From a virus (taxonomy: Duplodnaviria > Heunggongvirae > Uroviricota > Caudoviricetes > Crassvirales): a stretch of 26,133 nucleotides of DNA. Numbering within the stretch: the first letter of the stretch is position 1; every line of letters begins with the position of its first letter. Shown piece after piece: positions 1-8,683 of this stretch. The notes beneath the pieces were generated by a model, which was not told where the DNA came from, searched no databases, and was given only the letters and a program-made list of their open reading frames with translations. The translations under genes and the position numbers were made by a program. The stretch covers positions 74,182 through 100,314 of IMG/VR virus record IMGVR_UViG_2974789010_000001, one strand, 5' to 3'.

Positions 1-1
1 A

Positions 2-457
2 CTATTATTAAGAAGAATATTTAAAGGACCTAGATATACTATTGGAAAACTCTTCATAAATGGTGTTTATGAGTGTGACACTTTGGAAGACCAGGATAGA
101 GGATTAACAAGTCAAATGTCACTTGAAGAGATTAAAGCTAAGAAGGTGTATGGGGTAACAGCAATTCCTACAGGTACATATAGTATTAATATGACTACTG
201 TAAGTCCTAAGTTCAAGGATAGAGCATGGGCTAAGCCTTATAAAGGCATACTTCCTAGACTAGAGAATGTAAAAGGGTATGAAGGAGTACTAATACATGT
301 AGGTAATAAAGCTGAGGATACATTAGGTTGTATCCTAGTTGGAGAGAACAAAGTTAAAGGTCAAGTCATTAATAGTACAGCAACATTCTATGAGTTAATG
401 ACTGTATTATTGAAGGCTCAAAGTGCAGGAGAAGTAATAGAACTGACTATAGAATAA
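2..457 (+). CDS. DUF5675-family protein (YkuD/L,D-transpeptidase-like His/Cys motif), putative peptidoglycan-acting enzyme; 5' end lies outside the window
   Basis: The frame of the 83..457 ORF is open back to base 2 (LLLRRIFKGPRYTIGKLFINGVYECDTLED...), resembling the typical DUF5675 N-terminus. Codon 83 is TTG (Leu in DTLED), not a real start. Contains LIHVGN...TLGCILVG. Ends TAA followed by TGA. Confidence 0.7.
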   Translation, partial: LLLRRIFKGPRYTIGKLFINGVYECDTLEDQDRGLTSQMSLEEIKAKKVYGVTAIPTGTYSINMTTVSPKFKDRAWAKPYKGILPRLENVKGYEGVLIHVGNKAEDTLGCILVGENKVKGQVINSTATFYELMTVLLKAQSAGEVIELTIE

Positions 458-459
458 TG

Positions 460-504
460 AGAGTAAAGGGTGTGGTTAATATTAACTCAACACCCTACTC
501 TTTT
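460..504 (+). terminator. Imperfect long hairpin followed by a T run; probable intrinsic terminator after the DUF5675 gene
   Basis: AGAGT 460-464 / ACTCT 497-501; AGGGTGT 467-473 / ACACCCT 490-496; central palindrome GTTAATATTAAC 475-486; followed by TTTT. Confidence 0.55.
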
Positions 505-556
505 ACTATTACTATAAGTGTTTTACTTATAATCAAATTACAATCAGACTTAAGGT

Positions 557-590
557 ATTGCACAGTTCAAATCTTTGACTTACCTTTGCA
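557..590 (+). promoter_or_regulatory. Bacteroidetes sigmaA-type promoter for the scaffold-MCP unit
   Basis: -7 element TAccTTTG at 581-588 and TTG at 558-560 with a 20-nt spacer, matching the Bacteroides -33/-7 consensus. Context ACTTAccTTTGCA. Confidence 0.7.
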
Positions 591-616
591 TAGTTTAATT
601 AAAGGAGAAGAGTTAT

Positions 617-1771
617 ATGGAAGGATTAGACATGGACAATATCCTATCACCAGATGAGGTTGAAAGCCTATTCACTAGTGATGGGAGTGAAGAAACACAG
701 GTTACTCCACCTGAACAACAGGAGGAAGAAAATAAAGAAAAACCAACTACTGAGGTACCAGAAGTAAACCCAGATGAACTGTTTACTGAGGAACCAGAGA
801 GCGTAGGTAGTGAGAAAGTAGATACACAAGGTAAAGAGGATACCACTTCTAAGGAAGAAACTGGTACTTCTCCCAAAACTAACTTCTACTCTTCCATTGC
901 CAGTGCTTTGAAAGAAGAAGGTATTCTCTCAGCCCTTGATGAAGAAACATTAAGTAAGATTCAAACTCCAGAAGACTTTGCAGAAGCTATGGAGAATGAG
1001 CTTAAAGCTAAATTAGATGAAAGACAGAAGAGAATTGATGAAGCATTGCAAGTAGGTGTAGAACCTGATGAAGTAAGAAAGTATGAAGGTACTATTAACT
1101 ACCTTAATACTATTACAGAAGATGCTATCTCTGATGAGTCAGCTAATGGAGAAAAGCTGAGAAAACAACTAATCTTTCAAGACTTCCTTAATAGAGGATT
1201 TAGCAAAGAAAGAGCACAAAGAGAGACTCAAAAGTCATTTAACTCTGGCTCTGATGTTGAAGATGCAAAGGAAGCACTAGCAAGCAATAAAGAATACTTT
1301 CAACAAGAGTATGAAGATTTGGTTGCAGAAGCAAGAGCAGAGGAAGAAGCTGAAAAGGCAAGAACAAAGAAGGAAGCAGAGGAGTTAAAGAAGTCTATTC
1401 TTGATGAGAAGGAAATCTTTAAAGGGTTAGAGTTAGATAAGACTACTAGAGAAAAGGTCTATAACTCAATCAGCAAACCTGTTTACAAAGACCCAGAAAC
1501 TGGGCAGTATCTAACAGCTATTCAGAAGTATGAAAGAGATAATAGACAAGACTTCTTAAAGAAAATTGGTCTCTTATTTACTATGACTGATGGCTTTACA
1601 AACTTAGATAAGCTAGTTAAACCAACTGCTACTAAACAAGTGAAAAAGAGCCTAAGAGAGCTGGAACACACTATCAACACTACTAGAAGAAATACAGATG
1701 GAAGTCTTAGTTTCATATCAGGTGTTAGTGATGACCCAGAGTCAAAGGTTAGCTATGAACTTGATGTATAA
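617..1771 (+). CDS. Acidic, coiled-coil-rich protein upstream of MCP; putative capsid scaffolding/assembly protein
   Basis: 384 aa; very E/D-rich, low-complexity N-terminal region and helical E/K-rich middle. Occupies the conserved position immediately before the MCP in crAss-like phages. Function inferred from composition and position. Confidence 0.65.
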   Translation: MEGLDMDNILSPDEVESLFTSDGSEETQVTPPEQQEEENKEKPTTEVPEVNPDELFTEEPESVGSEKVDTQGKEDTTSKEETGTSPKTNFYSSIASALKEEGILSALDEETLSKIQTPEDFAEAMENELKAKLDERQKRIDEALQVGVEPDEVRKYEGTINYLNTITEDAISDESANGEKLRKQLIFQDFLNRGFSKERAQRETQKSFNSGSDVEDAKEALASNKEYFQQEYEDLVAEARAEEEAEKARTKKEAEELKKSILDEKEIFKGLELDKTTREKVYNSISKPVYKDPETGQYLTAIQKYERDNRQDFLKKIGLLFTMTDGFTNLDKLVKPTATKQVKKSLRELEHTINTTRRNTDGSLSFISGVSDDPESKVSYELDV

Positions 1772-1807
1772 ATAAGATTTTAAGATAAACTGTTAAACAA
1801 TTAAATT

Positions 1808-3328
1808 ATGGCTGGAAAATTAAGTAAATTCCAAATGATTGGTTTTCAACACTGGAAAGGGTTGACAACTGAGAATCACTTAGGTGCCATCTTCCAAAAA
1901 GCACCTCAAAAGGCAACTAACCTAATGGTGCAATTGTTAGCTTTCCACAGAGGAAAGACACTTGATACATTCCTTAGTTCATTCCCTACTAAAGTGTTTG
2001 AGGATGATGCTGAATATTACTGGGATGTTATTGGTTCTTCAAGAAGAAATATTCCTCTGATTGAAGCTAGAGATGAGAATGGCGTAGTTATTACATCAAC
2101 ATCAGGTAATGTTGGTGTAGGTGGTGCACCTTTCTATCTTGTATTCCCAGAAGACTGGTTTGCAGATGGTGAAGTTATTGTAGGTAACTTAAATCAAGTT
2201 TACCCTCAAAGAATTCTTGCAGATGGCAGACCAGAAGGTACAAACTGTGTATATAAGGTTGAACTAATGGGTGCTAACAGCAAGGGTATTCCTGCTGAAA
2301 GACTACTTGCTGGTGAAAGATACTCTGTTGAATTTGCACCTGTTGAAAGAGAACTTTCAAGAAAGGTTGGTGATGTTAGATTCACTAGTCCTGTTTCTAT
2401 GAGAAATGAATGGACTACTATTAGAATTCAACATAAGACTCCTGGTTCTAATCTTGATAAGAAGTTAGCTGTTGGTATTCCTATGGTTCATAGAGATGCT
2501 AGTGGCAGACAGGTTAAGGATGTTGCAAACAAGTGGATGCACTATGTAGAATGGGAAGTTGAACTTCAATTTGACGAGTACAAGAACAATGCAATGGCCT
2601 TTGGTACTTCTAACAGAAATATCAATGGTGAATACATGAACTTTGGTAAGTCTGGTAATGTAATCAAGACTGGTGCTGGTATCTTTGAGCAAACAGAAGT
2701 GGCTAACACTATGTATTACAATGATACTAATGGTCTGATGAAACTGTTGCTAGATGCTCTGTATGAACTATCTGCTTCTAAGTTAGGATTTGGTGATAGA
2801 AAGTTCATCATCAAGACTGGTGAAAGAGGTGCTCTGTTATTCAACAGAGAAGCTAAGAAGACTACTTCTGGATGGATGCCAATCATCTCAACTCAGAACC
2901 CACCAATCTATACTAAGGTTGCAAGTAACTTTGCTCAGAATGCTATTGCAGTAACTGATTATCAGGTAACTGAATGGAGAGCACCTAATGGTGTTATAGT
3001 GTCACTTGATGTTGACCCATTCTATGATGACCCTGTAAGAAATAAGATTCTTCACCCAGAAGGTGGACCTGCTTTCTCTTATAGATTTGATATTTGGTAT
3101 ATTGGTACTATGGACCAACCTAATATTCAAAAGTGTAAGATTAAGGGTCAAGAAGAATTCAGAGGTTATCAATGGGGATTCAGAAATCCTTTCACTGGAC
3201 AGATGGGTAATCCTAATATGTCTTATGATGAGGACTCTGCTGTTATCCACAGAATGGCAACTTTAGGTACATTAGTACTAGACCCAACTAGAACAATGTC
3301 ACTTATTCCTTCAATTCTGCAAGGATAA
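1808..3328 (+). CDS. Major capsid protein (crAss-like, HK97 fold)
   Basis: 506 aa; N-terminus MAGKLSKFQMIGFQHWKGLTTENHLG and C-terminus DEDSAVIHRMATLGTLVLDPTRTMSLIP recognised as crAss-like MCP. Many C-ending codons (AAC, TTC, ATC), suggesting high expression. Followed by a terminator. Confidence 0.92.
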   Translation: MAGKLSKFQMIGFQHWKGLTTENHLGAIFQKAPQKATNLMVQLLAFHRGKTLDTFLSSFPTKVFEDDAEYYWDVIGSSRRNIPLIEARDENGVVITSTSGNVGVGGAPFYLVFPEDWFADGEVIVGNLNQVYPQRILADGRPEGTNCVYKVELMGANSKGIPAERLLAGERYSVEFAPVERELSRKVGDVRFTSPVSMRNEWTTIRIQHKTPGSNLDKKLAVGIPMVHRDASGRQVKDVANKWMHYVEWEVELQFDEYKNNAMAFGTSNRNINGEYMNFGKSGNVIKTGAGIFEQTEVANTMYYNDTNGLMKLLLDALYELSASKLGFGDRKFIIKTGERGALLFNREAKKTTSGWMPIISTQNPPIYTKVASNFAQNAIAVTDYQVTEWRAPNGVIVSLDVDPFYDDPVRNKILHPEGGPAFSYRFDIWYIGTMDQPNIQKCKIKGQEEFRGYQWGFRNPFTGQMGNPNMSYDEDSAVIHRMATLGTLVLDPTRTMSLIPSILQG

Positions 3329-3334
3329 TGATAC

Positions 3335-3366
3335 AAGGGGAGGTTAACTCCTCCCCTTTTCTTTTT
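3335..3366 (+). terminator. Rho-independent terminator after MCP
   Basis: Perfect 9-bp stem AAGGGGAGG 3335-3343 / CCTCCCCTT 3350-3358, loop TTAACT, then TTCTTTTT. Confidence 0.9.
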
Positions 3367-3389
3367 AACTAATTAATGGAGAAGTAAAT

Positions 3390-4382
3390 ATGGCAAGTAA
3401 GAGAGTAGAAGAAGAACTTGACTTAGAGAGCATTAACAGTGAAACATCTATTGTACCTCAGATGCCTGAGGAAGAAGAACCACAATTGCCTGTAAGAAAA
3501 GGTAGAAAGAAAGAAGTAGCAACACTGGGAGAACCAGTAAGTTGTTTAAGAAATGAAAGAATTATAGTAAGATATGTACCCAAAGAGAGTGGTATAGTAA
3601 CTAATCCAAAGCACATTCTATATGGTGGTATGGCTGAAAATGCAGTAAAGTATTTCACAGTTCCACAATTAGAATCTGGTAGATTGGTTAATGTTCTTAC
3701 TGATGAAGAAAAGGAATTCCTTGAGTATATTATGGGTTTAGAGTATAATGCTCTATCTATATATAAGAAGGAAAATAACTATTGGTCAAATAGACAAGTT
3801 AGATTGCTTAAACAAGATAACATCTTAGACCTATCAGACCCAGAACAATACATTAAGTATAAGATATTGCTAGCTAATAAGGATGATATAGCTCCTTCAC
3901 TGCAAGCTCTTCAAGACACTCCAAAGGCAACATATAAGTTTGTTCTTATCAAGGAAGGTGAAGAAACTTCTAATGCTAGACAAGAGATGTCAGCTACAAT
4001 GCAAGCATACATGGAATATGGTAAATATGAAAATGATGCTGATACATTGAGAACTATTATTGAGACTATTGATGGTAGACCATTAGCTGTAAATACTAAG
4101 GTAGAGTTCTTACAAACAAGAATAAACAAGCTAATTCAAGCTGATGCTAAGCTATTCTTAAAGGTTATTACAGACCCTCTATTACCTACTAAGGTAACTA
4201 TTAAGAGAGCAGTTGAAGCAGGTCTTGTATCTAATAGAGGTGGCTTCTTCTATCTAAGAGAAGATGGTTCTCCTTTATGTGGTAACAACGAAGACCCAAC
4301 CTTTAATATAGCAGCTAAGTTCTTAGCATCACCTAAGAACCAGCCTATTAAGTTCAGTCTTGAAGCTAAACTAAAAGAGTAA
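3390..4382 (+). CDS. Conserved crAss-like hypothetical protein downstream of MCP
   Basis: 330 aa ORF with an acidic N-terminal region, occupying the conserved slot between MCP and the ring genes. GGAGAAG lies upstream of the ATG. Function unknown. Confidence 0.7.
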   Translation: MASKRVEEELDLESINSETSIVPQMPEEEEPQLPVRKGRKKEVATLGEPVSCLRNERIIVRYVPKESGIVTNPKHILYGGMAENAVKYFTVPQLESGRLVNVLTDEEKEFLEYIMGLEYNALSIYKKENNYWSNRQVRLLKQDNILDLSDPEQYIKYKILLANKDDIAPSLQALQDTPKATYKFVLIKEGEETSNARQEMSATMQAYMEYGKYENDADTLRTIIETIDGRPLAVNTKVEFLQTRINKLIQADAKLFLKVITDPLLPTKVTIKRAVEAGLVSNRGGFFYLREDGSPLCGNNEDPTFNIAAKFLASPKNQPIKFSLEAKLKE

Positions 4383-4386
4383 TAAT

Positions 4387-5100
4387 ATGGACCACATAGA
4401 GTTCAGTAATGAATTTGATGTACTCTATAACAACATAATGAGCAATGCTGCTCCTGGGTTAAATGAATATGAGAAATCAGTGTTCTTGACTAAAGGCCAA
4501 GAGGAAATAGTCAAGAACTACTTTAACCCTAAAGGTAACAAGTATGGAGAAGGAATGGATGACTCACCTAAGAGACAGATAGATTTCTCAGAGCTTATTA
4601 AGGTTGCACAAGGTACACCTAGCACAACTTCTCCTCTTACTTTTGATAAGAGGGCTAAGGTATTTGACTTGCCTTCTGACTTATTTATAGTCATTAATGA
4701 AGCAGTCTCTACCAACACAGGAACCAAACAAGTGATTCCTATTAGTTATGCTGAGTACACTAGATTAATGTCTAAGCCATACAAGGAACCTCTTAAGTAC
4801 CAAGCATGGAGAATCATAAGCACTTCAAGTGAGAAAATCTCTACTGAGCTTATAGTCAACAGTAATGAAACAATTGCTGAGTATCTATTGAGGTACATTA
4901 GAAGACCTGCACCTATCATAACAGCAGACCTTTCTTCTGAATATGGTAACTTAACTATCAACGGTATTGGCACTATTTCTGAATGTGAATTGAATCCAAT
5001 TATACATCAAGAGATACTTCAAAGAGCTGTTGAACTAGCTAAAGCTGCTTATGAAAGTGATGTTAAAGCTACTATTGAACTAGGTCAAAGAAGTGAGTAA
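4387..5100 (+). CDS. Tail ring (head-tail connector) protein, paralog 1
   Basis: 237 aa; EFDVLYNNI...NEYEKSVFLTKGQ N-terminus and HQEILQRAVELA C-terminus. Paralogous to the next ORF; synteny matches the PhiCrAss001 ring genes as recalled. Confidence 0.7.
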   Translation: MDHIEFSNEFDVLYNNIMSNAAPGLNEYEKSVFLTKGQEEIVKNYFNPKGNKYGEGMDDSPKRQIDFSELIKVAQGTPSTTSPLTFDKRAKVFDLPSDLFIVINEAVSTNTGTKQVIPISYAEYTRLMSKPYKEPLKYQAWRIISTSSEKISTELIVNSNETIAEYLLRYIRRPAPIITADLSSEYGNLTINGIGTISECELNPIIHQEILQRAVELAKAAYESDVKATIELGQRSE

Positions 5101-5102
5101 TT

Positions 5103-5792
5103 ATGAATATAGAACAATTTAGTGCTGAGTTTGATGTTCTGCTTAACTCTTACTCTATTATACCAGTTGATGGAACAACAGACCCTCTTGCATTCTCTGA
5201 GTATGAGAAGTCAGTCTTTCTGACTAAAGCTCAAGATAGCTTGGTTATAGACTTGTATAGTGGTAGAAACTCATTAGGACTCTCCTTTGAGTCTACTGAG
5301 GAAGCTAGAAGATACTTAGCTGAATTGGTTCAAGAGTTCACACAAGAAATTACTGTTCCTTCTACTACTGCATCAATTGTAATGCCACAAGGTTTATGGT
5401 TTATTACCTATGAAGAGTGCAAGTTAAGTGATGAAACATTAGGTTGTTTAAATGGTACATACTCCTTAGTAACACCAGTTAGAGAAGATGAACTTTATAA
5501 GATAAAAAGGAACCCATTTAAAGGTCCATCAGAAAAGAGAGTCTTAAGAGTTGATGTTAATAATGCCATTAAACTTATATCAAAGTTTAAGATAGGTGAG
5601 TATCATTGTAACTATATCACTAAGCCTACACCTATTATATTAACTAACTTAGGTGACTTAAACATATCAGGTTATTCACAACCAATGGAATGTGCATTGA
5701 ATAGTAATATTCATAACTTGATAGTTGAAGTAGCAGTTAGACTTGCCTTGATGAGTAAGGCTCAGTATGCAAACAAAGAGAATAATCAATAG
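5103..5792 (+). CDS. Tail ring protein, paralog 2
   Basis: 229 aa; shares EFDVL, EYEKSVFLTK, PxPII and HxxIxxxAVxLA motifs with 4387..5100. TAG stop. Confidence 0.7.
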   Translation: MNIEQFSAEFDVLLNSYSIIPVDGTTDPLAFSEYEKSVFLTKAQDSLVIDLYSGRNSLGLSFESTEEARRYLAELVQEFTQEITVPSTTASIVMPQGLWFITYEECKLSDETLGCLNGTYSLVTPVREDELYKIKRNPFKGPSEKRVLRVDVNNAIKLISKFKIGEYHCNYITKPTPIILTNLGDLNISGYSQPMECALNSNIHNLIVEVAVRLALMSKAQYANKENNQ

Positions 5793-5822
5793 CTTATTAA
5801 TAAGCAATACGTTTAATTAAAC
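5792..5822. repeat. Two adjacent perfect palindromes upstream of the auxiliary capsid gene
   Basis: GCTTATTAATAAGC 5792-5805 (14 bp) and GTTTAATTAAAC 5811-5822 (12 bp), both self-complementary. Confidence 0.8.
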
Positions 5823-5834
5823 AACAATTTATTT

Positions 5835-6842
5835 ATGGCAACTTATTCCGTAAATCAAGTAAGACATTTATATGTCGCAAAAGCTCTAAAGACAGCAGTT
5901 ACTCAACTAGCTGCTGCTGGTGACATTCTGCCTAAGGCAGATACAGCTAAATCTACAATGTACTTCCAGTACTTTAGCCCTGCTGGTGTTATTGAATCTA
6001 GTGATAAGATTGACATCAAGAATATCACTTATGCAAAATCTACATCTTCTCAGGCTTTAGTTAAGAAGTTAGATAGATACCAAGTAGTTCTAGACTCTAC
6101 TATCAATAGTGGAGCACCAGTAGCTGGACAGGATTATCTGTTGAGACTTGCTTTCAGACAGTATGTAGGTTTATCACCAGAAGACCAATACTGGAAATTT
6201 GGTATGGTACATGCAGTTAGTGGTATGACAGCATCAGACTTTTACAAAGCTATGGCACTTTCTTTAGCTAGAAACATAGCAAGAGAAGCTACTCCACTAG
6301 TAACAATCTATCTAGTAGCGAGTGGTCCTGCATATACAACAGTAACCATTGACACTGACCCTGCTACTCTGACTGGTACTTATACTGGTATTCAAATTGA
6401 ACAGGTAGCACAGGATTGGATTTTAGGTGTTATGCCTCAAGGTTACATTCCTTTTGCAGTACAACCAACTAATATTACCTTTGAAGGTGATGAAAGAATC
6501 TGGGGTACAGTTACTACAGTAACTCCTATTAATTCTGTACAGAATGGTCATGATATTGCAGACCTTGAATACTTCACAATGGGTGCTAGAGGTGACTTCT
6601 ACAGAAACATGGGATGGCCTAATGTTATTCATACTACTTACTTGGTAGACCCAACTCAGAAGTATGATACTCTGGACATCAGTTATTACTGGGCAGGTGG
6701 TGCAGAAGATGTACAAAAGTCTCCTAGAACAATCACTCTGGTAACTGTAGATGATGGTAGTCACACTGCAATGAAGGCTCTGATTGCAGCAATCAACACT
6801 GCATCTGGTTTAACAATTGCAGACCCAGTTGACCCAGTTTAA
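5835..6842 (+). CDS. Auxiliary capsid (cement/decoration) protein
   Basis: 335 aa; MATYSVNQVRHLYV N-terminus and DIADLEYFTMGARGDFYRNMGWPN motif, recognised from crAss-like auxiliary capsid proteins. Codon bias resembles the MCP. Followed by a terminator. Confidence 0.75.
   Translation: MATYSVNQVRHLYVAKALKTAVTQLAAAGDILPKADTAKSTMYFQYFSPAGVIESSDKIDIKNITYAKSTSSQALVKKLDRYQVVLDSTINSGAPVAGQDYLLRLAFRQYVGLSPEDQYWKFGMVHAVSGMTASDFYKAMALSLARNIAREATPLVTIYLVASGPAYTTVTIDTDPATLTGTYTGIQIEQVAQDWILGVMPQGYIPFAVQPTNITFEGDERIWGTVTTVTPINSVQNGHDIADLEYFTMGARGDFYRNMGWPNVIHTTYLVDPTQKYDTLDISYYWAGGAEDVQKSPRTITLVTVDDGSHTAMKALIAAINTASGLTIADPVDPV
6822..6839 (+). repeat. 9-bp tandem duplication (GACCCAGTT x2) encoding the C-terminal DPVDPV
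   Basis: Exact repeat at 6822-6830 and 6831-6839, immediately before TAA 6840-6842. Confidence 0.85.
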
Positions 6843-6849
6843 ATGAGCT

Positions 6850-6897
6850 AATTATAAAGAGCATAGTTGATTCTATGCTCTTTTTTTTTTTATAATT
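6850..6897 (+). terminator. Rho-independent terminator after the auxiliary capsid gene
   Basis: Stem AAAGAGCATAG 6856-6866 / CTATGCTCTTT 6873-6883, loop TTGATT, T11 tract at 6881-6891. Confidence 0.9.
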
Positions 6898-6911
6898 AAA
6901 ACTAAATAACC

Positions 6912-7568
6912 ATGTTACATTTCAACGAATTAAGGATAACCCAAGATGATAAGTATCTAATTATAGATGCCTCTGTTGATAATCAAGACTTCTATGATGA
7001 TATAATCTTAGATAGTGTGGTTATAGATACACAAGATACATATGTACCTAATGGTCCTAGCTCTAATCCTGTATATGAACTTAAAGTAGCTGATGCCTAT
7101 GATTTAACTTACTCTCTTCCTGAGGAATGCAGTTGTAATCCAGTGCTTGAAGAGGAAGATAAATCATACTGTTTCACTTATGGTACTCATCAAATGAGGA
7201 ATATAAGACTTAGATTACAAGCAAGTGATTTTAATATAAATACTCTTAATGATACTATGTTCTTTGTGTATGTGATAGCTACTGGAACTCCCTCAGCAGA
7301 TGCTCCTTGTGGTACAACTAATCCCATGATTATGGGAGCTGTAACTAATCTATATCCTCTTTATCAAAGCATGATGAAGTATGTTAAACAGATAGAGAAT
7401 AACTGTGAAATACCTAAAGAATTCATTGACTTATCCTTAAGAATAAAAGCACTTGAGTTATGTATAAGAACTGGTAATTATCCTCAAGCTATTAAGTATT
7501 GGAATAAATACTTTAAGAATAAGATAGGTACAATAACTAGAGTAACAAATTGTAGCTGCTATGGATGA
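6912..7568 (+). CDS. Putative tail hub / fibre-attachment protein A
   Basis: 218 aa; MLHFNELRIT N-terminus, FIDLSLRIKALELCIRTGNYPQAIKYW helical C-terminus, 8 Cys. Assigned by recalled synteny (auxiliary capsid - hub A - hub B - ring). Confidence 0.55.
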   Translation: MLHFNELRITQDDKYLIIDASVDNQDFYDDIILDSVVIDTQDTYVPNGPSSNPVYELKVADAYDLTYSLPEECSCNPVLEEEDKSYCFTYGTHQMRNIRLRLQASDFNINTLNDTMFFVYVIATGTPSADAPCGTTNPMIMGAVTNLYPLYQSMMKYVKQIENNCEIPKEFIDLSLRIKALELCIRTGNYPQAIKYWNKYFKNKIGTITRVTNCSCYG

Positions 7569-7902
7569 AATGACTAATATTTCTTATGATGCTGTAGTTA
7601 GATACTTCACTTCATTAGCTCAATTTGGCTATAGAAGTTATGGTGATGTAAACAAGCTATTAGCATTACTTGCACTAGATGATGTACTAAATGTATTCAG
7701 TGAATATATAGATGAAAAGGACCTTAGGTCTATAGTTAATGCTATCTATTGTTTAAGTGGGACTACCTGTCTAATTGACTTTCCAAGTTATGTTAATGAT
7801 GATACACTATTCCATAAGACTAAGATTAACTACATTACTAGAATCACTGAGGATAATATTCTCAGAGTTGATGAAACAAATGTGATAAGAATAGAAGCAT
7901 AA
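7561..7902 (+). CDS. Putative tail hub / fibre-attachment protein B
   Basis: 113 aa; overlaps the previous gene by 8 nt; ends in a quasi-repeated ITRITEDNILRVDETNVIRIE segment. Assigned by synteny. Confidence 0.55.
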   Translation: MDEMTNISYDAVVRYFTSLAQFGYRSYGDVNKLLALLALDDVLNVFSEYIDEKDLRSIVNAIYCLSGTTCLIDFPSYVNDDTLFHKTKINYITRITEDNILRVDETNVIRIEA

Positions 7903-7935
7903 TACTTATAGCCAGTAAATAAAACCTATTAAACT

Positions 7936-7969
7936 CTTGTGAATATCAGTAGAAATACTTATATTTGCA
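7936..7969 (+). promoter_or_regulatory. Bacteroidetes sigmaA-type internal promoter for ring/HU/ring/muzzle genes
   Basis: TAtaTTTG at 7960-7967 and TTG at 7937-7939 with a 20-nt spacer. Context ACTTATATTTGCA, in a 94-nt intergenic gap. Confidence 0.75.
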
Positions 7970-7996
7970 GGAGTTTAATTTTATAATAGTATTAGT

Positions 7997-8683
7997 ATGA
8001 ATACATGGAGAGAAATAGTATATATGTGTATAGATGAGTTAAAGCTTCTAAGTGATGATTCATACTATACTGAGGACCATTTGATATTTCTTATCAGTAA
8101 ATTTAGAACATTTATTCTAAAGCAGAGATACTCTGATATAAAGAAGTTCATACCTGAGAGTAACTTTAGTACTATATGTCTAGACCTGATAGAAGTACCT
8201 GCAATCTCAGGTGAGGTCTGTGAAGGTGGGGTATATCTAAGGTCTAAGAATAAAATCCCATATATGATGGGAATTAAACAACCAAGAGTATATCCAGTGG
8301 ACTATTACCAAGGTGAGATAACTTATGTAAGTAGAGATAGAATGAAGTATGTAGGGTATAACAAGTATTTGAATAATATAATCTATTGCTCTCTAGCACC
8401 AGATAACTATCTATACTTCAAGTCTAGCAACCCTCAATACCTCTACCTTGAAAAGGTAAGAATAACAGCTTTATTTGAGAATGCTGAGGAAACCTTTGGA
8501 TTACAATGTGATGAAAATGGTAGAATATGTGAGTTACTTGATGCTGAGTTTCCTTTAGAAGCTTCTCTAATTCCTCCTCTTATTGAGCTTGTAGTTAAGG
8601 AATTAAGAAGTTCAGAGTTTATGCCAGAAGATAAGGAGAACAATGCTGATGATGATATGTCTGACCTAAATCCTAAGAAGTAA
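7997..8683 (+). CDS. Tail ring protein
   Basis: 228 aa; MNTWREIVYMCIDELKLLSDDS N-terminus and FPLEASLIPPLIELVVKEL C-terminus, typical of crAss-like ring/tubular proteins as recalled. Confidence 0.65.
   Translation: MNTWREIVYMCIDELKLLSDDSYYTEDHLIFLISKFRTFILKQRYSDIKKFIPESNFSTICLDLIEVPAISGEVCEGGVYLRSKNKIPYMMGIKQPRVYPVDYYQGEITYVSRDRMKYVGYNKYLNNIIYCSLAPDNYLYFKSSNPQYLYLEKVRITALFENAEETFGLQCDENGRICELLDAEFPLEASLIPPLIELVVKELRSSEFMPEDKENNADDDMSDLNPKK

Noticed and set aside
457-657. 66-aa + strand ORF between the DUF5675 and scaffold genes
   Set aside because: It runs across a terminator hairpin and a promoter, overlaps the scaffold start out of frame, and has no recognisable motif; probably spurious.
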